Shown piece after piece: positions 18,270 through 25,959 of a stretch of DNA of 53,025 nt. Origin of the DNA: a virus (Duplodnaviria > Caudoviricetes). Position numbers and translations under genes: made by a program. The notes beneath the pieces are model-generated. The model was not told where the DNA came from and did not search any database. It worked only from the letters and a program-made list of their open reading frames with translations. The stretch lies in the IMG/VR virus record IMGVR_UViG_3300029787_000071, positions 1 to 53,025 of that record; one strand, written 5' to 3'. Position 1 is the first letter of the stretch. The number at the start of each line of letters is the position of its first letter.

Positions 18270-18555
18270 TGCGTATCGCCTCTTTTCCTTTTTTAGCTAT
18301 TGAAACAACCTGTGTCTTACCCATGACCTTTGCACGTTGTTCCATTACAGTTAGTATCTGTATCTTTCTTGCAAAAGGTTTATTTACTCTTTTTACCTTT
18401 GCAACAGTCGCTCTTGCTTCTGCAGGAGTAGCAAACTTTATACTAACAGTATCCTTGGGGTTCTCATCAGTGTAAAGTCTTCGATCAGAACCTTTTGGCT
18501 TTTTGCCTGTTCCTTTTTTTGGATCAGGTTTTCTTTTTGCCACTTTTCTGCTCAA
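18229..18555 (-). CDS. Basic hypothetical protein
   Basis: 108 aa Lys-rich protein with RRLYTDENPKDTVSIKFAT core. Confidence 0.7.
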   Translation of the reverse strand: MSRKVAKRKPDPKKGTGKKPKGSDRRLYTDENPKDTVSIKFATPAEARATVAKVKRVNKPFARKIQILTVMEQRAKVMGKTQVVSIAKKGKEAIRNASKKSKAKGKKK

Positions 18556-18889
18556 GGATTTTTACAAGCTTAGGAGGCAGGTTTTTCCTCTGCGCTGCGG
18601 TTACGGGTCCACCCTTTGCCATCATTCTCATGCCACGCGCCATCATATCTGTGTCACGGGCGCTCATGCCCATTCCACGCGCCATTCCGCCACGGGCCAT
18701 GCCCTTGCTTTTCTTCATGGCACCACCTTTAGCCATGCCTTTTGTGGTCTTGCCACCTTTAGCCATGTACTTGGAGGTCTTACCACCTTTAGCCATGCCT
18801 TTGCTTTTTTTCATAGCACCGCCTCTAGCCATGCCCTTAGTGGTCTTGCCACCTTTAGCCATGTATTTAGTCTTCTTCTTAGCAGCCAT
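18524..18889 (-). CDS. Lys/Met/Gly-rich repeat protein (7 x MA[KR]GG)
   Basis: 121 aa made almost entirely of KGMAKGG-type repeats; RBS AAAGGA upstream. Confidence 0.75.
   Translation of the reverse strand: MAAKKKTKYMAKGGKTTKGMARGGAMKKSKGMAKGGKTSKYMAKGGKTTKGMAKGGAMKKSKGMARGGMARGMGMSARDTDMMARGMRMMAKGGPVTAAQRKNLPPKLVKILEQKSGKKKT
18690..18870. repeat. Coding tandem repeat (CCACCTTTAGCCAT units; 96-nt higher-order period)
   Basis: CCACCTTTAGCCAT recurs four times, plus variants. The 32-aa unit KYMAKGGKTTKGMA[RK]GGAMKKSKGMA[KR]GG.. is duplicated. Confidence 0.85.
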
Positions 18890-18894
18890 TGGTT

Positions 18895-19554
18895 CTAATC
18901 CTTTGCGTATAAGTTATCAAATGTAATGCTGGGGTCCATGTAGCTATCATTAATCTCTGCACTGTGTGTGTGTTGGCTAGGCACAAAGTCTGGTGGACCT
19001 TCACCTGTAACCCACAAAGCAGGATTTGTAACCCGTACCCTGTTGTTGGGGAGAGCAACTATATTTCCTGTAAACTCTCCTGCGTCTATTAGCTCTAGCA
19101 CATGAGATTGTTTGTGCTGCGCTGGGTCGTCTGAAATGTGACTGTCGGTGTAGTCCACAGTGAACATATACCGACCTGTATAAAACTCTCCCCCTATCTT
19201 ACACATCCAAGGGCTAGACGATACTCTGTCCATGCTAAAGACTGCGTGGTTTCTGGAGGAGCAGTCCCAAGGTTGTGCAAAGTGAGTGGGCATCTTTTGC
19301 GGCCACTCTTCAAGAATACTATCAGCGACTAATGCTGTGATGGGCATTCTAGCCCACATAGCTCCACCGTGAATATTCTCTTCTTCTTCACAGCCAGTAA
19401 ACACTACGTTAAAACTAAGACATCTGTCCGGTATTGTATTTACTGCTATTGCTAGTGCATGAAGGTACTCTCCCTCATACTCTACGTGATTATGTGTAAA
19501 CTCTTTACGCACCCAACACTTAAAGTGTGGGATATTAGAGGCTAAGTAAGCCAT
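18895..19554 (-). CDS. Conserved phage hypothetical protein
   Basis: 219 aa globular-looking protein (GGAMWARMPI, QPWDC, YMFTVD, HKQSHVL, ALPNNR); function unknown. Confidence 0.75.
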   Translation of the reverse strand: MAYLASNIPHFKCWVRKEFTHNHVEYEGEYLHALAIAVNTIPDRCLSFNVVFTGCEEEENIHGGAMWARMPITALVADSILEEWPQKMPTHFAQPWDCSSRNHAVFSMDRVSSSPWMCKIGGEFYTGRYMFTVDYTDSHISDDPAQHKQSHVLELIDAGEFTGNIVALPNNRVRVTNPALWVTGEGPPDFVPSQHTHSAEINDSYMDPSITFDNLYAKD

Positions 19555-19576
19555 AATACTCTCTACTAAGGTTGGG

Positions 19577-19978
19577 CTAGCACTTCCATCTTTTTCTAGC
19601 CTGACGCAGACGGCTATTTGGATCTCTAGCCGCCTTGGGAAACTTCTTCATCTGTCCTGCAGAGCGAGCGCAGAAGGACTTACGTCTCTTCGCGTCTTTG
19701 CTACCGGGTTCAACCTTGCCAGTAACAGCGCCCTTTAGTTTAGAGCCGGGGTTAGCCTTGCGATATGCTTTAATGCCCTTCTCGGTCATGCCAGCGCCCT
19801 TCTTAGTGGGTCGCTTCATTCCCTTACCTTTGGGCATTACATCAGGCTTCCTGACTCCTCCTCCCTTTGCGTACTCCTTACGGCTAATCGCTGCCACCTT
19901 CTCTGACTGCCGCTTGTGCAGCTTGGAGGCTTTGTTTAGCTGTTGTGAGACTTCCCTTAGTTCTTCCTTTGCGGACAT
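19577..19978 (-). CDS. Basic protein, DUF6321-like, with YAKGGGVRKP tag
   Basis: RRKSFCARSAGQ..DPNSRLRQARKRWKC C-terminus; internal KEYAKGGGVRKP. Confidence 0.75.
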   Translation of the reverse strand: MSAKEELREVSQQLNKASKLHKRQSEKVAAISRKEYAKGGGVRKPDVMPKGKGMKRPTKKGAGMTEKGIKAYRKANPGSKLKGAVTGKVEPGSKDAKRRKSFCARSAGQMKKFPKAARDPNSRLRQARKRWKC

Positions 19979-19979
19979 T

Positions 19980-20195
19980 TTACTTTTTCACATTTCGAGG
20001 TGGATTAGAATACTGTTTTTGTACGCTTTCTCTAAACTTTTTTATCCCTGCGCTATCCTCAGACGGAGAGGTTCCGCTCTTTACAGGTTTTGGTTTACCA
20101 TCGCTGCCCAACAGACCAAATGTAACATTATAAAGGGCCTTCATACGGGCCTTATGTTGGGCGGTTCCACTAATAGAAAGCTTTTTAGTAGCCAT
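19980..20195 (-). CDS. Small basic hypothetical protein
   Basis: 71-aa ORF tightly packed in the operon. Confidence 0.6.
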   Translation of the reverse strand: MATKKLSISGTAQHKARMKALYNVTFGLLGSDGKPKPVKSGTSPSEDSAGIKKFRESVQKQYSNPPRNVKK

Positions 20196-20196
20196 T

Positions 20197-20733
20197 TTAC
20201 TTCATCCTCGGTTTACGAATAGGTCCACCCATTCTACGGTTCATGGCATATACCTTGCCACCACCAGCTTTCTTTTGACTCTTATAAGCAGCGGCTCCTC
20301 TTCCAAGCTGAATGGCTTTGTCTGTAGCTTCTTTTAGCTCTTTGCTGCCCCCATAGGGTTTTCCCTCTTGAGAGGGTTCAGGATTTATCATGTTATCCAT
20401 GATAGATGCTACAGCACCACTAAAGCTTTTTTTAGCGGCTGCAATCTTTTCAGCCGTTAGCGGCGGTCTTGCTCTAGAACCAACGCGCTTTCCAACAGCA
20501 GCATCTGCTTGCGCTCTATCCATACCAGCTTTGGCCGCGCTTACTTTTGAGTTAAACCGCTTCTGCATCATACGCATCGCTTTTCTGCGCTGGGCGTTAG
20601 TAGCCCCTTCTTTTTTAGCAGACGCATCAAACTCTTTTAAAAGTGCACCCGGACTTCTACGCCCTTCAACTACTTTTTCTAACGCTTCGTCTAAATCTCT
20701 ATTTGTAATTTCAATTTTTCCAAATTTAGCCAT
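20197..20733 (-). CDS. Basic hypothetical protein with C-terminal xxGG tags
   Basis: 178 aa ending KKAGGGKVYAMNRRMGGPIRKPRMK; RBS GGAGG. Confidence 0.72.
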   Translation of the reverse strand: MAKFGKIEITNRDLDEALEKVVEGRRSPGALLKEFDASAKKEGATNAQRRKAMRMMQKRFNSKVSAAKAGMDRAQADAAVGKRVGSRARPPLTAEKIAAAKKSFSGAVASIMDNMINPEPSQEGKPYGGSKELKEATDKAIQLGRGAAAYKSQKKAGGGKVYAMNRRMGGPIRKPRMK

Positions 20734-20927
20734 TACCCGTACCTCCCTTGTTTTTTGTACATCTGCTTACAATGGCAATCTCCACAGTCACAATGAAGAC
20801 ATGGCTCTGGGCAATGACACTCCTGCGGTTGACATACGCATGTGATGCACTGATCATCTTCTTTTTGTTTTTCTGGCGTGTGTTGAATCATGTAGAACGC
20901 CGCGTATGGTCCTTGATATGCAGACAT
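20733..20927 (-). CDS. Small Cys/His-rich, metallothionein-like protein
   Basis: 10 Cys and 3 His in 27 residues (CITCVCQPQECHCPEPCLHCDCGDCHC). Confidence 0.55.
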   Translation of the reverse strand: MSAYQGPYAAFYMIQHTPEKQKEDDQCITCVCQPQECHCPEPCLHCDCGDCHCKQMYKKQGRYG

Positions 20928-21040
20928 TGTTTTTTATTGGAGAAAAGGCAGCTAACTTAATCTCGTCTCACAACTCTCCACTAGAAAAAATCTTATGTTT
21001 ATTGTTGGAGTGTAGACAGACTAATGGCTGCTAACTATCT

Positions 21041-21068
21041 ATTATAACGTCTATATAGGACTTGTCAA
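21041..21068 (-). promoter_or_regulatory. Consensus sigma70 promoter driving the morphogenesis arm
   Basis: TTGACA-N16-TATAAT on the minus strand. Confidence 0.8.
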
Positions 21069-21109
21069 GAAAAAAAGTTAAGCTGAGTGCAAATGAGTGC
21101 ATTTTTTGC

Positions 21110-21137
21110 TTGACAGATTGGAAATGGGCTGTATAAT
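21110..21137 (+). promoter_or_regulatory. Consensus sigma70 promoter for the oxygenase gene
   Basis: TTGACA-N16-TATAAT on the plus strand, back to back with the minus-strand promoter. Confidence 0.8.
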
Positions 21138-21242
21138 AGTATTAACTCTACTCCGGGGGGTTAATATATACATACCCCCCCTTAATATTAGCCCATATTG
21201 TAATATAATTACCCAATTTTGTAATAAAATTACCCAAAAGGA

Positions 21243-21884
21243 ATGAATATGGATAGTGCGCCTGAAGAAGTTGCAGAAGTTACAAGGCCGTGGTCCCTAT
21301 CCTCGTATACGTTTAACAGTTTCGCTCAGTATATTCAATATTTTAATCCTGATGAGTGTGAACAGTACATCCGTGATGCTCAAAAGGGTTTAAGAACTAC
21401 GTCATTTAAAAAAGGTGAGGTTGGTAGCCCAGAGGCTAACGCTAGTTTTGAATTAAGAAACTCCGATGTGTGTTTTTTCAAAACACATAAATCTGAAAAT
21501 AACCCCCTATTCTCAAAATTAACAGAAGTTCTGATAAATGCTAACCAATCCTTCTTTGGATATGACATTTTTGAGATAGAGGCTGCACAATTTTCTACAT
21601 ATTCTTCTGAATATAAAGGGTTTTATAATAAACATGTTGATATTATGCCTAATTCTTCTGGAATAGGCGTTAGAAAATTAAGTTTTAGTGTACAATTAAG
21701 CGACCCAGACTCGTACAAGGGCGGTGACCTTCTTTTACATACTACTAATAAACCCACTCAAGCTCCAAAAGAGATTGGAAGTGTAACTATATTTCCCAGC
21801 TTTACACTTCACGAGGTTACACCTGTAACAGAAGGTGTACGGTACTCATTAGTCGGCTGGGTAACAGGTCCAGCGTGGAAATAG
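21243..21884 (+). CDS. 2OG-Fe(II) oxygenase (prolyl 4-hydroxylase/PKHD-like)
   Basis: YNKHVD, RKLSFSVQLSDPDSYKGGDL and FPSFTLHEVTPVTEGVRYSLVGW. Confidence 0.92.
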   Translation: MNMDSAPEEVAEVTRPWSLSSYTFNSFAQYIQYFNPDECEQYIRDAQKGLRTTSFKKGEVGSPEANASFELRNSDVCFFKTHKSENNPLFSKLTEVLINANQSFFGYDIFEIEAAQFSTYSSEYKGFYNKHVDIMPNSSGIGVRKLSFSVQLSDPDSYKGGDLLLHTTNKPTQAPKEIGSVTIFPSFTLHEVTPVTEGVRYSLVGWVTGPAWK

Positions 21885-21974
21885 CCCTAAATCATTGAAA
21901 AATAATAAAAAATTATTAAAAAAGGGTAAAAAATAGTAAAATTGTAGCGGGATTGCATACAGATATATACACCC

Positions 21975-22229
21975 CCCCGGTGGCCCATGCGCGCCCCTGT
22001 GATGCTAAGTATTTGTTTTTATTGTGTTAATCAATTATTCATAATATACACTGTGCGACTAAGCCCCCGCAGCGTTTCGACCCCCGGCTAATAGTCCGCG
22101 CCCCTCTCTTATACCTGCAGCCCCCCGCGCGTTGGGTCAACTAAACCGACAATTTCCCCCGGTGGCCATTTTGGTGGTGCTTTGATGGGGGTGGGGCGTG
22201 CAATACAAACCGCCTGATCCCGGTGGCCA
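21975..22229. repeat. Three direct copies of CCCGGTGGCC in a non-coding region (candidate terminus/packaging region)
   Basis: Copies at about 21976-21985, 22158-22167 and 22219-22228. Confidence 0.6.
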
Positions 22230-22275
22230 GATTCAAAACGCTAGCAATATCCAAACGCTAGGCATTATTGCAGGC

Positions 22276-22302
22276 AAAAAAAAGGCCCCAATGAAGGGGC
22301 CT
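22276..22302 (-). terminator. Intrinsic terminator ending the early operon
   Basis: Minus strand AGGCCCC-TTCATT-GGGGCCT followed by a T run. Confidence 0.85.
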
Positions 22303-22324
22303 AAGTTTATTCTGGTTGGGGTTG

Positions 22325-22531
22325 TTATGCTGCGATGTAACGGGTTGCAATGTCGATGTCGCCCGGATCGATGGTGTATTCCGAACCCACAAAGCAAGCG
22401 ATCTGAGTCTTGGTCCCGCTCATATCGGTTGCGGTGATGTTTATCACGGTGAACTCGGTTTTGCTCCCGCGCTCGAACACCTCCCGGCTAAGGGCGATGT
22501 CGGTGATGTTGTGAAGTGAAAGCTTGTTCAT
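22325..22531 (-). CDS. Hypothetical early protein
   Basis: 68 aa; RBS GAGG; ATGA overlap with the HNH gene. Confidence 0.65.
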   Translation of the reverse strand: MNKLSLHNITDIALSREVFERGSKTEFTVINITATDMSGTKTQIACFVGSEYTIDPGDIDIATRYIAA

Positions 22532-23181
22532 TGTGTTACCTCGATTAGCTGGCGTCTAGTGAATTTAGCAGGGCGATAAAGCTCCCCGCCGTTTCGATGT
22601 TTGGCGCGATTACAATTTGAGCAAAGTAGCTGCAACCCGCCGGGATTTTCGGTGAGGTATCGAATGTAATATCGAGGGTGCATTGAGGTTGCTTTCATAT
22701 GCTTTGCGCCCCAGTTTGCGTTTATCTTTTCACGATGTTCTGTACCATCATTATGCACATGATCGATTTCAAGATACATCGAATCTCGTTCCCCGCAGCA
22801 TGCGCAACGATTGCCGAGACGATCATATAATTCCTTTTTATCTCGTTTCCTGTATTTAACGGCGCGTTCTTTGCCATTAATCCTAATGCTATGCTTTTGA
22901 CATAACCTGTCCCCTAATCCGCGCACCATGCTTTGATGCGTGTATTTTTCATCACAGCCCGGATGCTCACAAACACCAGCGAAGTGCGTCGCCAGACAAT
23001 GGGAGTTACAATATTGGTTAGAACGTCCCCTTTTTGCGTCCTGCTTAACTTGTTTATCTTGTCGATAGAAAATTTTCCCGCAGTCCGGGTTATCGCATTG
23101 CACACGATATCTAAACCCACGTCTTGTAATGTTATGGTTTTTACCACAAGTCCAACTGATTTCTTCTCTCTCTAAGATCAT
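22528..23181 (-). CDS. HNH endonuclease with Zn-binding motifs (possible homing endonuclease)
   Basis: CACCG..LEIDHVHNDG..LQLLCSNCNRAKH, plus N-terminal Cys clusters. Confidence 0.82.
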   Translation of the reverse strand: MILEREEISWTCGKNHNITRRGFRYRVQCDNPDCGKIFYRQDKQVKQDAKRGRSNQYCNSHCLATHFAGVCEHPGCDEKYTHQSMVRGLGDRLCQKHSIRINGKERAVKYRKRDKKELYDRLGNRCACCGERDSMYLEIDHVHNDGTEHREKINANWGAKHMKATSMHPRYYIRYLTENPGGLQLLCSNCNRAKHRNGGELYRPAKFTRRQLIEVTQ

Positions 23182-23190
23182 GATATTACC

Positions 23191-23280
23191 TCAAATGTCT
23201 TTGTTGAATGACCAAGCTTGCCACATGATGAAGATCAAAACGGCAAACGCTATTCCAAGTATGATCCAGTCGCTAAGCAT
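23191..23280 (-). CDS. 29-aa single-TM peptide (not in ORF track)
   Basis: MLSDWIILGIAFAVLIFIMWQAWSFNKDI; TGATG coupling and GGAGG upstream. Confidence 0.6.
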   Translation of the reverse strand: MLSDWIILGIAFAVLIFIMWQAWSFNKDI

Positions 23281-23642
23281 CACTCAACCCTCCCGTTGTC
23301 ATGGTCTGGGAAATGCTTGGTCCCGTAATATGTGCCATCGTCATGCTTGGCTTTGTACGGCTGCAAGTCCCATTCCTCGACCTGCGTCATATCCCGCCAG
23401 TCATCAATGCCGCAGGCTTCCATGAACTTGTCCGCATCGTAGCGGGGATTGTCCAAGCGGAATACGTTGTGGAAATCCACAGCGACGCTGTACATGGCAT
23501 TCCGCGCGGTGGCGGTGGCATATATCTCGTCTAGTTCGCTGTCTTCATTCCCGCCATATTCGAGGTCGTATTTGAGCTGGTTCAAATTGGTTCGCAGTAC
23601 GTAAGCGACGGTTTCAAAGTGCGATTTGCTAAAACGTGCCAT
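23280..23642 (-). CDS. Hypothetical early protein
   Basis: 120 aa with FSKSHFE..DNPRYDADKFMEACG pattern. Confidence 0.7.
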   Translation of the reverse strand: MARFSKSHFETVAYVLRTNLNQLKYDLEYGGNEDSELDEIYATATARNAMYSVAVDFHNVFRLDNPRYDADKFMEACGIDDWRDMTQVEEWDLQPYKAKHDDGTYYGTKHFPDHDNGRVE

Positions 23643-23664
23643 AGGTCTGTTTCCCTAATTGGTT

Positions 23665-23694
23665 AAAAAAAACCGCCCCCGGTGATGGGGACGG
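23665..23694 (-). terminator. Intrinsic terminator
   Basis: Minus strand CCGTCCCC-ATCACC-GGGGGCGG followed by T8. Confidence 0.8.
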
Positions 23695-23724
23695 CTTATC
23701 ATTAGTCGATACAGGGTAAACCTG

Positions 23725-23961
23725 TCAACTGGTTTTATCTGCGATGCTTTCAAGCTTGTCAGATGTCTCCAGCACACCTTTAGCAAGCTCTTCGATCACG
23801 AGAGATTTCCCGCCGCGACCGCCGTACTTCTGCATTGCCGCTGGCGATTGGCTGGCCATCCGAAACTGGATCTCGGCAATCGCCTCCTGAGCATCGTTCG
23901 ACAAGAAGATTTGAGATCCGCCGTTGGTGGCGCTGGTGGTGGGGGTTTTCTTACTAGGCAT
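23725..23961 (-). CDS. Hypothetical protein, possibly small DNA-binding
   Basis: 78 aa with RBS AAGGA; a strand-helix-helix pattern is only suggestive. Confidence 0.6.
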   Translation of the reverse strand: MPSKKTPTTSATNGGSQIFLSNDAQEAIAEIQFRMASQSPAAMQKYGGRGGKSLVIEELAKGVLETSDKLESIADKTS

Positions 23962-24063
23962 TGGTTTTCCTTTTCAAAGAATGAAGTGATAGACAATTAG
24001 ACAAACGACAGTGATAAGACACAATCGGTACGCGGCTTCAATAAATTCTATAGCTCCTCCTCC

Positions 24064-25131
24064 CTAGTTGATTGATTGCCAAGCGGGACCGGACATTACT
24101 AGCCAAAGGCCCCGCGCTCGTTCCATCTGCTCATTCAGCGTATACCCGCCGTGATCGGTGTTGATCATGTTGACCGATTTCCTACCAAGTGTGTGGGTTT
24201 TCTCTTCGCCGTCGATCTCAAACGTGCGGCTGTCGTGGGTGTGTGTCGCGTAATGGGTCAGCACATTGTACAAAGCCCATTTGTTTTTACCCAGACCACC
24301 GCCCTGCGAGTAGTCGCGGGAGTACTCATCCCACAGATCATAGAGCGCGTGAAACTTCTTTAGATTAATCGCTTCCTCGCGTTCGATCCCGTGCGCCTTT
24401 TCCCGCTCTAGTTTCTTTTGCCCTGCGATCTCTTTCGGGCAGATGCTTTTGAGAAAAGCGCCAGCGGTATCGTCCATAACGGGCGTCGCCTTCCACTCTT
24501 TGAACTGCTCTACATTCTGGCGGAATGTGCTGAATACGCTGTTGGCTGTACGCAACAGGGTGTTGGCGTCAAAGTGCTTAGAGTGTTTCACCTTGTTGTA
24601 TACTGCCTTGTCGCCACCGAACACCATGGAGTTCTCACAATAAGCCCGGTAAGCCCCGGCGAACTGCTGGAAAGCCCATTTAGAATTAACTGAATTGATC
24701 TGATCGGATCGGCAGTACACCATATCGCCGCCGCCTGTCATGTCCACGGCTTCGTCTAGATACTGAATAGAGCGTTTCGCCTTCATGCCAAAGTCGGTGT
24801 ATTCGTCACGGACCAGCACGTTGTCAGTGGGAAGATTACTTTCCCGCAGAATGTCGGCATGCTTACCAAACAATTCTATATGGTTTTCGAGGGTGTAGGT
24901 GCTGGATACCGCGCCGGGATCGGCGAGGCTTCCATCATGTGAGTACCGCAACGCCTTGCTGCCAGTGATCTCGGTGCCGTCCGCCGTATAGATATTGTCT
25001 TTGTACACTCCAAGCGGTTCAAAAAAGCTTAGATCAAATACATCGGAATGTTCGCGAACGGCGGAGGCTTTCACACCGTCATCGATGGTGGCGGGTATCG
25101 TCCGTGTCAAGTTCATTTGCATAACGTTCAT
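24064..25131 (-). CDS. DUF932-family protein
   Basis: VSSTY..NH, INSVN..AFQ..GAYRAYCENSMVFG, KHSK and NKWALYNVLTHYATH fit DUF932-like phage proteins. Confidence 0.75.
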   Translation of the reverse strand: MNVMQMNLTRTIPATIDDGVKASAVREHSDVFDLSFFEPLGVYKDNIYTADGTEITGSKALRYSHDGSLADPGAVSSTYTLENHIELFGKHADILRESNLPTDNVLVRDEYTDFGMKAKRSIQYLDEAVDMTGGGDMVYCRSDQINSVNSKWAFQQFAGAYRAYCENSMVFGGDKAVYNKVKHSKHFDANTLLRTANSVFSTFRQNVEQFKEWKATPVMDDTAGAFLKSICPKEIAGQKKLEREKAHGIEREEAINLKKFHALYDLWDEYSRDYSQGGGLGKNKWALYNVLTHYATHTHDSRTFEIDGEEKTHTLGRKSVNMINTDHGGYTLNEQMERARGLWLVMSGPAWQSIN

Positions 25132-25163
25132 TTCTGGTTTCCTATGTTGGTTGAACGAGGAAA

Positions 25164-25192
25164 GCCCTACAGCATATTCAAGGCAGTGTCAA
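25164..25192 (-). promoter_or_regulatory. Putative early promoter
   Basis: TTGACA-N17-TAGGGC upstream of the DUF932 gene. Confidence 0.5.
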
Positions 25193-25205
25193 ATACTTTT
25201 TTAAT

Positions 25206-25385
25206 CTGTACAGGATGGACCCGGCGGGAGCGTCGGTCAGGGAGGAAACTTGGCCCCCGCCGGGGAGGTGCAGGGGGAGAACCAGAAAACCCTGCACTAA
25301 CTAATGTAAAGGCCGACAAATTTATAGGCCGACAATTTTCTATCTCAGATAATGATCCCTCACCCACTCATACCAAGTGGGAGTA
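25206..25385. ncRNA. Candidate structured small RNA (three hairpins)
   Basis: Inverted repeats CCCGGCGGG/CCCGCCGGG (25220-25264), GTGCAGGG/CCCTGCAC (25268-25297) and CCCACT/AGTGGG (25363-25381) in an intergenic gap. Confidence 0.4.
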
Positions 25386-25431
25386 TTTGGTTTCATGTTT
25401 TCATACCGTATTACATCCTCCATAGCGTGCA

Positions 25432-25959
25432 TTACGCAACTTCTCCATACATATCAAACCAAGCTGGTTCAGAACGATTAGTCCATTTAGCAAAGTATGC
25501 TTTCTCACCACGGTAGTACGCCCTGTAAGCTGATATAGTATCATCAAATGATGCGGTATTAGGATTACACTTATATTCATCAGGCATACATTGTGGTGGT
25601 GGCGTGTGCATAGCCATAGATCTTTTATATGGTATGTTATTAGGTGAATAGTGTAGCCACTCCTTAGTAGCAGCTTTGTGTACCTTGCCATAGCGATGCG
25701 TATACTCATTCCCAAGATAGCCCCATAGGTCCGACAAATAATTGTAGTTACCACGCCCTAATCTTGCCCATGCTGTAGAAGGATGGTTCTTGTGGGCTAT
25801 CTGATATAAGCCTTCGCGGTCAGCAGCCCCATCACCATCAATTACCCTATGTGCAGTAGATAGGATTTGTGCATACTCCAGAACCATTTTAACTACATGC
25901 TTGTCACAGTGCATCTGCGCTGCAATCTTGGGGTTTCTGTCTAGATAGAATATATTCAC
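25432..25959 (-). CDS. Pyrimidine-dimer DNA glycosylase / endonuclease V-like protein
   Basis: GTG start after GGAGG; (M)NIFYLD..AAQMHCDKHVVKMVLEYAQILS, HKNHPS..W, EYTHRYGKVH and PQCMPDEY..AYRAYY. Confidence 0.8.
   Translation of the reverse strand: MNIFYLDRNPKIAAQMHCDKHVVKMVLEYAQILSTAHRVIDGDGAADREGLYQIAHKNHPSTAWARLGRGNYNYLSDLWGYLGNEYTHRYGKVHKAATKEWLHYSPNNIPYKRSMAMHTPPPQCMPDEYKCNPNTASFDDTISAYRAYYRGEKAYFAKWTNRSEPAWFDMYGEVA

Noticed and set aside
18690-18870. Regularly spaced repeats as a CRISPR array
   Set aside because: The repeats are short, in frame and vary at codon level, the intervening parts are also repeated, and there is no cas operon.
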